This document shows positions 1 to 7,604 of a stretch of 64,000 nt of DNA, piece by piece (the stretch's first letter is position 1; every line of letters starts with the position of its first letter). Location: the NCBI GenBank assembly GCA_965213705.1, contig OZ243913.1, positions 3,040,001 through 3,104,000 of the forward strand, in the 5' to 3' direction. This DNA comes from Trueperaceae bacterium. GTDB taxonomy: Bacteria; Deinococcota; Deinococci; Deinococcales; Trueperaceae. The notes under the pieces were generated by a model. That model had not been told where the DNA came from and did not search any database. It was given only the letters and a program-made list of their open reading frames with translations. Made by a program: the position numbers and the translations under genes.

Positions 1-1711
1 CGACGCCCGAATACACGGTTTGCCGCCAAAAACTGTCGAAGTCGCCCTCGACCCGGCTTTGCCAGTAGCTCCGAACGACATCGTAACCGCTGGCGTTCAC
101 GTCGCCGAGGAGGGCAGCGAGCAGTTCGTGCTCGGACTTGCCACCGTAAAAGGGCGAGATGAGGGGCTGCATGATGGTCGCCGTGCCGTCGAAAGCGCGC
201 GCGTCGCTCCAGGTTTCCAGGTAGTGCGTTTTCGGTACGTGCTGACTCGCCACGGCAGACGTTTCGTCGAAGTGTTCGCTCAAGTGCAAACTGACCGGCA
301 CCTGAGCAAGCGCCTCGGCGAAGTTCAGGTCGGCGGGCGCGGTGTAGACCGGGTTGCCGCCCACGATGACGAGCGTCTCCACGCCGCCCGCACCGATGTC
401 GGCGACGAGTTCGCTCAGCGACCGAAAGTGGTTAGTCGGGTTGGCCTCGACCGGCTCGGTGTAGAACACCGTCTGCCCGACGTTGCCGAGCGCCGCGTTC
501 AGCGCGTGGGCGAGCGCGTGGACCGCACCGCTCTGGTCGTCGCCCGCAATCACGAGGCTGCGGCCACGGCTGGCCTGCAAATCGCCGAGCAGGGCCGTCA
601 GGAACGCCTCGTCGAATTCGGCTGCACCTTCGGCACCCGCGTCGGCACTCGCATCGACACCCGCGACGCCCAACGCGGCGGCGACCGCTCGAGCGAACCC
701 CTCCAGCTGTGTGGGCGACAGCGCCAAGCGGTGGTCGGCGACCGTGCTGGTCGCGCTCGGCGTGCTTTCGACGATGTAGAGACGGTTCATGCTGTCTTCG
801 GCGACCAGCGCGCGGCGACGCCGCGAAAAGTCCCGCTGGTAACGCAGCTTGCCCGCCCCGCGCCCGGTAAAGTCCGCGCCGAGCGACAAAACGGTGTCGG
901 CTTTTGTAAAGTCGTAGACAGTTTGGACCGGCTGCGAAAACGCGAGTTGCGCGCCTTCGAACGCGCCGTCACTGTGCACGGGGTCGTACTGGTGCCAGCG
1001 CGCGCCCGGGTAGCGCTCGAGCAGCGCGTTCAACTGTTGCGCCAGGGTCGGCGAGGTCACCGTCTCGGTAAGCACGCGGAAGCCGCTGCCGTCCCCTTGC
1101 AAGCGGGCGCTCAAGGCGGTCGCCAAGTCTTCCCAGTTGATGTTCAGGCCGTTGTCGAGCAAGGTCTGCGAGCGGTCCGGGTCATAGAGCGACAACACGG
1201 TCGCTTGGGTCGTCGCGTCGGTCGAACCCAAACTCGCCGGGTGGTCCGGGTTGCCCTCGACCTTGGTGGGGCGGCCCATGTGGCTCTCAGCCAACAGGCC
1301 CAGCGCGTAACCGCCCTGTGTCACGGCGGTCGCGTAGAAGAGAGGTTTGCCGGGGATAATTTCTTCGGGAGCCTGGACGTACGGCACGATTTTTTCGTGC
1401 GGCTTGACCGGCCGCACGCACGAACTCAGGCCCGCCATCGCCATCGACGCACCCAGCAGTTTTAGAAAGTTACGGCGGTCGAGCGAACTCTCCAGCGGCG
1501 CCGCCTCACGCGGGAACTCTTTGTCCATAAACGCGCGGAACTCTGCGGTGTCGGCTAGGTCGTCTAAGTTTTGCCAGTAGGCTTTGCCCTGGGCACCGGC
1601 AAGCCGCTTGCGGATATTTTTGATGCTCAGGTCGTCAGTTTTACCGGGCGCTGTGTCGTTCACGTTGCTGGTCACCTTTACAGTTGTCACTGTTCGCGTC
1701 ACCTCGCTCAT
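1..1711 (-). CDS. actB: Alternative complex III subunit B (TAT-variant molybdopterin-oxidoreductase-like), runs off the left edge
   Basis: Missing from the ORF track; translated by hand from ATG at 1711 (ATGA overlap with the actA stop): ...GKAYWQNLDDL...EFP...DRRNFLKLLGASMAMAGLSSC...EKIVPYVQAPEEIIPGKPLFYATA...ESHMGRPTKVEGNPDHPAS, the typical ActB N-terminus with twin-Arg motif and Cys; directly follows actA. Confidence 0.92.
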   Translation of the reverse strand, partial: MSEVTRTVTTVKVTSNVNDTAPGKTDDLSIKNIRKRLAGAQGKAYWQNLDDLADTAEFRAFMDKEFPREAAPLESSLDRRNFLKLLGASMAMAGLSSCVRPVKPHEKIVPYVQAPEEIIPGKPLFYATAVTQGGYALGLLAESHMGRPTKVEGNPDHPASLGSTDATTQATVLSLYDPDRSQTLLDNGLNINWEDLATALSARLQGDGSGFRVLTETVTSPTLAQQLNALLERYPGARWHQYDPVHSDGAFEGAQLAFSQPVQTVYDFTKADTVLSLGADFTGRGAGKLRYQRDFSRRRRALVAEDSMNRLYIVESTPSATSTVADHRLALSPTQLEGFARAVAAALGVAGVDASADAGAEGAAEFDEAFLTALLGDLQASRGRSLVIAGDDQSGAVHALAHALNAALGNVGQTVFYTEPVEANPTNHFRSLSELVADIGAGGVETLVIVGGNPVYTAPADLNFAEALAQVPVSLHLSEHFDETSAVASQHVPKTHYLETWSDARAFDGTATIMQPLISPFYGGKSEHELLAALLGDVNASGYDVVRSYWQSRVEGDFDSFWRQTVYSGV

Positions 1712-2421
1712 CGGTGGCACGTCGAGCACTGGGGTAGTTTTTCGGTGTTGATGTGGTAGGCCTCGACGAGCAAGGGTCCCAGTTCGTCTTGGTTTTCCGG
1801 GTACTCGTAGTCCATGTTGAAGACCTCCTCACGCGGGCGAACGTAATTCTCCGGGTTGCGGTGGCACTCCAAGCACCATCCCATCGTCAGGGGTTGGTTT
1901 TTCCAAATCCCGACCATTTGGTTGATGCGGCCGTGACAGTAGCTGCAGCCGATGCCTTTGTTGATGTGCGCGCTGTGGTTGTAATAGACGAAATCAGCCA
2001 GGTCGTGGACCCGGTTCCAAGCAATCGGCGCGCCCGCACCGGGTTGGTTGGGCAGGCGCAGCGTGTCACCCGCCCCGTCGCCGTCGGTATCGACCCGGCC
2101 CCAACTGGCGTAGACCGCTTCCAGCTGCGGCGAGCCGACGCGAATCTGCGAGTGACAGGTCATACACACTTCGGTCGGCGGCACGTTGGCGCTCGCCGCG
2201 ACCTCGACCGAGGTATGACAGTAGCGACAGTCGACACCCATCTGCCCGTTGTGCAGTTGGTGCGAAAAAGCCACCGGCTGCACGACTGGCACCTTGACGC
2301 GGTTGTTCGAGGTGCGTGCGTATACGGTCAGCGAGGTTACGAGCAGGGCTGTAAAAATAAGGCCTCCCCAAATAAGCCATTTGGCGAAAGCGTTGGAGTT
2401 GGGCGGAAAATATTGCGGCAT
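1708..2421 (-). CDS. actA: Alternative complex III pentaheme cytochrome c subunit A
   Basis: Start MPQYFPP (ATG 2421), one N-terminal TM helix, five CxxCH motifs (CRYCH, CMTCH, CSYCH, CLECH, CSTCH), QPVAFSH and W-RVHDLADFVYYNHSAH signatures. Confidence 0.93.
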   Translation of the reverse strand: MPQYFPPNSNAFAKWLIWGGLIFTALLVTSLTVYARTSNNRVKVPVVQPVAFSHQLHNGQMGVDCRYCHTSVEVAASANVPPTEVCMTCHSQIRVGSPQLEAVYASWGRVDTDGDGAGDTLRLPNQPGAGAPIAWNRVHDLADFVYYNHSAHINKGIGCSYCHGRINQMVGIWKNQPLTMGWCLECHRNPENYVRPREEVFNMDYEYPENQDELGPLLVEAYHINTEKLPQCSTCHR

Positions 2422-2701
2422 CAGCGACCCCCGCGAAAGTGCGCACGGCCACGCGCTATCCCGCGCGGTCTCGAGCACCGTAGAACTAAACCTAAAACGC
2501 TTATGTTAACCCACCTCCCAGACGTGGTGCCAGCGGTCTTGACCACGTCGTGTCGCCTTGTCACCTCGGCCCCATTTGTCGCCTCGGCCCCGTCGCTCCG
2601 GCACCGTGTTGACAGGGACCGTCGGTTTGCGAGGACTGTCGGCTTGTAAGTGCTGCCCGGCACGGGTTCCGCTTCGACCTCCGGCTCCACCGTCCACACC
2701 T

Positions 2702-2715
2702 TTGAACGCTATCAA
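2702..2715. promoter_or_regulatory. FNR-box-like palindrome upstream of actA
   Basis: TTGAA-CGCT-ATCAA, one mismatch to TTGAT-N4-ATCAA, about 280 bp upstream of a respiratory operon. Confidence 0.3.
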
Positions 2716-3061
2716 TGTAACACAAGTCCGGGAGCGCAACGCTGGGACAATTGTCCTCACCCGGAGTGCGCGGAGACCCGCCCAGGACGCTTCTCCGTCG
2801 TCCTCGACCGGGCTGAGGCAAAGCCTAACCCGGACCCGCCGGAAGGGGTCATGAGACGTGTCACATTTGTCACGAACCCCCACCCGCTTGCCGTTCTACG
2901 ATTTACTTCGGTGAGCTGACCTCGGCACAGACTCAAGCCCTCGGTCAAACCCCCGGTTTCGCGCCCGCAGACCCGACGCAAAAAGCCTCACCCCCGCGAA
3001 GCCGACCGCCACAAACCGGTTACCGCCAAGCCTGACTATTGCAAACCCGAACGCCCGGGTC

Positions 3062-3131
3062 CGACTGTACAAGCTCGACTGTACAAATTCGACCCTGCAA
3101 ATTCGACTGTACAAATTCAACTGTGCAGGGT
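3062..3131. repeat. 14-bp tandem repeat, 5 degenerate copies
   Basis: cgactgtacaagct / cgactgtacaaatt / cgaccctgcaaatt / cgactgtacaaatt / caactgtgcagggt. Confidence 0.85.
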
Positions 3132-3246
3132 AAAAGCGCGTGGACGGCTCGGCGGCGAGAGGTTCGGCGGCGCGGGACCACGAAAAACTGCTACGCAGAC
3201 TGTCGAGTGAGAATTTTGTAAGAGTGCGCAACCTACACTCGGGGCT

Positions 3247-4980
3247 ATGGAGGCGCAGGCTTTGCAAAGCGCGACGAACACCGTCTTGGAGGCCATGTCC
3301 GACGCGTATTTGAGTATGCGCGCAGGCGGCCAGACTACCTATCTTAACGCCCGTGGCGAACAACTGCTGGGTTTGAGCCGTGAGGAACTGCTGGGAGCCA
3401 GCCTGTGGGACGCCCTGCCAGGTTTTAGAAACGGGCCCCTCCACAAAGCGGTCGTCCACGCCGAGCGCACGCGTCAGGAAGCCGAAGTCGAACAGTTCCA
3501 CAAAGCGTCGGGGCGCTGGTTGGGTTTGCGCCTCGTTCCCGGTGAAGACGCAGTCCACCTTTATTTCGGCGACGTGACCGACAAGAAGCGGGCTCGAGAG
3601 GCGCGCGAACAAGTACACCTCAACCTTCAAGACCAGGTGCGCACCCACACCGACAAGTTGGAACGCTTAAACGAAAAACTCCTCTACGACTCTTTGCACG
3701 ACGCGCTGACCGGCCTGCCCAACCGCACGCACCTCATCGACAGTTTGCGCCGCGCCCTTGCGTCTTACCAAACCCACGCGGTGCTGTTTTTTGACTTCGA
3801 CGGTTTCAAACTTATCAACGACAGTTTGGGCCACACGGTCGGCGACGAACTGCTTATCGCCGTGGCGCGGCGCTTGAAAAACGAACTTCGCCTCACCGAA
3901 CTCGTCGCCCGACTGGGTGGCGACGAGTTCACCGTGCTTTTGCCCGCTGCGGAGTCGTTGAACCAGGTGCTAGGTATTGTAGGGCGTTTGCAGACGAGTC
4001 TGACTCAACCCTTTCGCGTACAAGACTACTCGTTGCACGTCTCGGCCAGCATCGGGGTCGTCCACGATATTCAGGGCTACACCACGGCCGAAGAGGTCTT
4101 GCGCGACGCCGACATCGCCATGTACCGCGCCAAACGCGAGGGCAAAGGGCAGCACGCGGTATTCGACAGCGCCCTGCACGCCGAAGTCGTCAACCGCATG
4201 ACCTTGGAGTCCGACCTGCGTTTTGCGGTCGAGCGCGGGGAACTCACGGTGCACTACCAACCCATCGTGGCCCTGAACACACTGTTGCCCATAGGCCTCG
4301 AGACCCTGGTGCGCTGGAACCACCCGACGCGCGGCTTTTTGCCACCGAACGAGTTTGTGCCCATCGCCGAAGACACCGGGATGATTACCGCCCTCGACAT
4401 GTGGGTCGTGCAAGAGGCGTGCGGACAGTTGGGGCGCTGGGGCGTGGCGCTGCCGGGCGCGAACGCGCTCGAGCTGAGCGTCAACTTTTCCGGGCGTCAC
4501 TTCGCCGCCGTCGACTTACACGGGCAACTGCGCGGCATCTTCGGCACCACGGGCTTTGCACCCGAACGGCTCAACATCGAAATTACCGAGACCGTTCTTA
4601 TGAACGACACCACGCACACCCAGCTGACCCTGTCCAAACTGTGCGAGGCGGGTATGAACCTGCACATCGACGACTTCGGTACCGGCTACTCGTCGCTCTC
4701 GTACCTGCAGCGTTTCAAGGCCGACGGCCTTAAGATAGACCGCTCGTTCGTGACGCGCCTGAACGACCCCAAAGGCGCCGAACTGGTCCGTTCGCTCATC
4801 GCGATGGCGCACAGCCTCGACATGAAAGTAACCGCCGAGGGCGTCGAGACCGCGCAACAACTGACCTGTCTACGGGACTTCGGCTGCGACTACGCGCAGG
4901 GCTACTACCTGTCCAAACCCTTACCCGCCCCGGAAGCCTACGCCTACCTGAGCCAAAACCGGAAAGCGGTCGTGGCTTAG
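3247..4980 (+). CDS. PAS-GGDEF-EAL diguanylate cyclase/phosphodiesterase
   Basis: N-terminal PAS-like region; HDALTGLPNR, DFDGFKLINDSLGH, RLGGDEF; EAL domain with ETLVRW, EITE, IDDFGTGYSSL, KIDRSF, AEGVE, QGY. Confidence 0.95.
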   Translation: MEAQALQSATNTVLEAMSDAYLSMRAGGQTTYLNARGEQLLGLSREELLGASLWDALPGFRNGPLHKAVVHAERTRQEAEVEQFHKASGRWLGLRLVPGEDAVHLYFGDVTDKKRAREAREQVHLNLQDQVRTHTDKLERLNEKLLYDSLHDALTGLPNRTHLIDSLRRALASYQTHAVLFFDFDGFKLINDSLGHTVGDELLIAVARRLKNELRLTELVARLGGDEFTVLLPAAESLNQVLGIVGRLQTSLTQPFRVQDYSLHVSASIGVVHDIQGYTTAEEVLRDADIAMYRAKREGKGQHAVFDSALHAEVVNRMTLESDLRFAVERGELTVHYQPIVALNTLLPIGLETLVRWNHPTRGFLPPNEFVPIAEDTGMITALDMWVVQEACGQLGRWGVALPGANALELSVNFSGRHFAAVDLHGQLRGIFGTTGFAPERLNIEITETVLMNDTTHTQLTLSKLCEAGMNLHIDDFGTGYSSLSYLQRFKADGLKIDRSFVTRLNDPKGAELVRSLIAMAHSLDMKVTAEGVETAQQLTCLRDFGCDYAQGYYLSKPLPAPEAYAYLSQNRKAVVA

Positions 4981-5083
4981 GAAAACCCTTGCGAAAGTCG
5001 AAAACAGTCGTTTCAGTAACCCGTGACGGCTCAACGAAGGACTGAGACGCCTAGACTTTGACGAGTTTGTTGACCTCAGGGCC

Positions 5084-5611
5084 TCAGCCCCTACCCTCTT
5101 TGCCGTCGGTTGGGTTGGGTACCGTCGGGGCAACTGAGGAGTCGGTTTTCAAACCGCCCAGCAGGTCGGACTTGAACCAGGGTTTGTCGGTCGCCGGCGA
5201 GCCGTCCTCGAGCTTGTCGATAACCTCGGCGTCCCGGACGTTCTTTTGTACGGTGGTCGCCGCGAACAAGCTGAGCACGAACGCCATCCCGTAAAAACCT
5301 TTTTCGCTCAGGGTAAAGGTCGCGTTCCACAGCCCGACAGCCATCAACCCCAGGGCGGACAGCACGGCGGTCCAGGCGATGCCGTAGTACAGGTTCGTTA
5401 CGGGAATGTCTTGCTGGCGGTCGCGCACCGCTTTTTGCAACGACACGACCGAAAACAACCCGTACAGCATAAGGACGAAGTAGTAACCCTTCTCGCCCAA
5501 ACCGATAGTTGCGTTGAACAGGCCGATAAAGTAAGCAATCGCCCCGAGAAACAGGGCGGCCCAGGAGGCACCCACAAAAGCGTTCGTCGGTCTAGGCAGT
5601 TTTGGGGCCAC
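5084..5611 (-). CDS. yiaA: YiaA/YiaB-family inner membrane protein
   Basis: Duplicated GL(F/W)NA...EKG(Y/F)Y...QK(A/N)VRD two-helix repeats; GTG start at 5611 after GAGGTG. Confidence 0.85.
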   Translation of the reverse strand: MAPKLPRPTNAFVGASWAALFLGAIAYFIGLFNATIGLGEKGYYFVLMLYGLFSVVSLQKAVRDRQQDIPVTNLYYGIAWTAVLSALGLMAVGLWNATFTLSEKGFYGMAFVLSLFAATTVQKNVRDAEVIDKLEDGSPATDKPWFKSDLLGGLKTDSSVAPTVPNPTDGKEGRG

Positions 5612-5833
5612 ATCACACCTCTGAAAGTAAAAAATAACAGCAAAGACAGAGTAGTCGACTCGGCGCAGAGACGGCGGTGCTTTTCCGCACATCGTGAGTG
5701 TAAGGGGTTTTAGCAAGAGCATGAACACTGTCGTCACACGTGTTCGTTGGAGATAGGGAGACGCTCGAGCCGCCACGCACTTTTGACCGGACGTCCTAAA
5801 CTCAGGTCGGCTGGAAGACTTGGCCACCCCGTC

Positions 5834-5877
5834 TCCGAGTTAACCCGTTGACAACTACGAGTTAACTCGTATAGACT
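5834..5877 (+). promoter_or_regulatory. Sigma-A promoter with tandem BlaI-type operators
   Basis: TTGACA 5848-5853, TAGACT 5872-5877; perfect palindrome TACGAGTTAACTCGTA (5856-5871) in the spacer and a 13/16 copy TCCGAGTTAACCCGTT (5834-5849). Confidence 0.75.
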
Positions 5878-5896
5878 CGGGCCAAAGGAGACGAAC

Positions 5897-6283
5897 ATGG
5901 CGAGACCCCCGCACCCCGGCCCGACCGAACGCGAGTTGTTGTTGCTGCAACTTTTGTGGAAACACGGCCCCTCCCCCATCCGCGAGTTGCTGGACGCCTT
6001 TCCCGACACACCCAAACCGGCCTACACCTCGTTGCAGACCAACCTGCAGGGGATGCTCGAGAAAGGCTACGTCGCGCGCGACGAAAAAAACCGCACCCAC
6101 GTTTACCACGCCCGCCTGACCCAGGAAGAGGTCGAACGCGACGCCGTCCAAGACCTCGTCAGCCGCGTGTTCGGCGGCTCGGCCCTCCGGCTCGTCGCCA
6201 CGGCCCTCGCGCCCGAAACGACGAGCGAAGAAGAAATCATGCGCCTGCAAGCCCTGATAGACGAGAGAAACGCCAATGGCTGA
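5897..6283 (+). CDS. BlaI/MecI/CopY family transcriptional repressor
   Basis: PTERELLLLQLLW...PAYTSLQTNLQGMLEKGYV...VFGGS; AGGAG RBS; overlaps the M56 gene. Confidence 0.93.
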   Translation: MARPPHPGPTERELLLLQLLWKHGPSPIRELLDAFPDTPKPAYTSLQTNLQGMLEKGYVARDEKNRTHVYHARLTQEEVERDAVQDLVSRVFGGSALRLVATALAPETTSEEEIMRLQALIDERNANG

Positions 6284-7604
6284 GTGGCTGGCGACCTACC
6301 TTTTGCACAGCACCCTGCTCCTCGGGGTGACACTGCTCGCCGTGCGGCTGCCCGGCTTGCGCCGCGCTTGCGTGCGCGACGCGCTGCTGCGTGCGGCCCT
6401 GGTCGCGGGCCTCGTCACCGCAACTTTGCAACCGTTGGCGGGCGTTCTGGTCATCCCGACCGAGGAGGCGACCACCGGAAGTTCAAAAGTAGCGGCTTCC
6501 GCCGTGACGAGCGCGCCCGACCCGGCGGCTGAACCGAAACGTTTTTCGGCCCCCCTTCCCAATCCCTCTCTCGTCTCCGAAGCGTTCGCGCCGCGACCCT
6601 CCACGACGCCACCCTTTTCCTGGAACACCCTTGCCACGCTGCTGTTCGGGGCGACGAGCGTTCTGACCCTGGTTCGGTTCGGCCAGGCCGGTTTCGCGCT
6701 GCGGCGCGTTTTGGTTCACAGTTCGCCTGTCGAGTTTGACGCGGCGGGGCTCGAGCCTTGGTTGCGCCGTCTGCGAGTGCTCGAGTCCGGCGTCGTCACC
6801 GTGCCGCTCGCGATTGCGCGGCGCACCGTGGTTTTGCCGCGGGGGTTGCGAAGCTCGAGCCTGCAGGTCGTTTTGGCCCACGAGGTCGCGCACCTGCGCC
6901 GCCGCGACCCCGCGTGGAACACCGGCTTGTCGCTCCTGAGCCACCTGCTCGCGTTTCAACCGCTCAACTTCGTCGCGCTGCGCGCCTGGCGCGGCGCGAG
7001 CGAGGAAATCTGCGACGCCCACGCGGTTCGGATAACCCGCGACCCGCTCGGTTTGGCGCAAAGCCTCCTCGACCTGACCCGCCGCAAAACGCACTCCCCC
7101 CTCATCGCGGTCGGGATGGCCGGCCGGACGCACCTGTCGCAGCGCGTCGAGGCGCTGTTGAAAGAGCGCGAAGTATTCGTGAAACCCGGCTACGTGGCGC
7201 TGCTCGTCGGAACGCTGCTGCTGTCGGGGAGTCTGCTGCCCGCCCTCACCTTTGCACAAGTCGGAACTTTGCAGGGGCTCGAGGTCGTTATCGACACCAA
7301 ACAGGCCAGACTCCACGATGAACTGACTGAGCTTTTGCGTGAAGCTGGACACCCCTTTGACCAACTGCGTATTACCGAGGCCCGCGCCTACTGCACGGGC
7401 GCAAAGAAGCCGGAAAGTAAAAGTCTGACGCCCGGAGTCGAATACCCTATGGCCTTGGTTCAGCCCAACGCCGACACAGAATTTTTCATTCTGCCGAGTT
7501 CCGAACAGGCCGTCCAAGCGTGTATCGAAAACCTCCTCACCGACCCCGAAGCGCTCGAGCGACTCAGAAACCCGTCGTCGCAGGATTTTTTACTTGGCAA
7601 CTGA
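6276..7604 (+). CDS. BlaR1-like M56 metallopeptidase with an unassigned C-terminal domain
   Basis: TM segments, HEVAHLRRRD zinc motif, EEICD, LSQRVEAL; paired with BlaI. Confidence 0.9.
   Translation: MAEWLATYLLHSTLLLGVTLLAVRLPGLRRACVRDALLRAALVAGLVTATLQPLAGVLVIPTEEATTGSSKVAASAVTSAPDPAAEPKRFSAPLPNPSLVSEAFAPRPSTTPPFSWNTLATLLFGATSVLTLVRFGQAGFALRRVLVHSSPVEFDAAGLEPWLRRLRVLESGVVTVPLAIARRTVVLPRGLRSSSLQVVLAHEVAHLRRRDPAWNTGLSLLSHLLAFQPLNFVALRAWRGASEEICDAHAVRITRDPLGLAQSLLDLTRRKTHSPLIAVGMAGRTHLSQRVEALLKEREVFVKPGYVALLVGTLLLSGSLLPALTFAQVGTLQGLEVVIDTKQARLHDELTELLREAGHPFDQLRITEARAYCTGAKKPESKSLTPGVEYPMALVQPNADTEFFILPSSEQAVQACIENLLTDPEALERLRNPSSQDFLLGN

Noticed and set aside
20..1465. 481-aa plus-strand ORF
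   Set aside because: Antisense shadow of actB, which the track missed because it runs off the edge.
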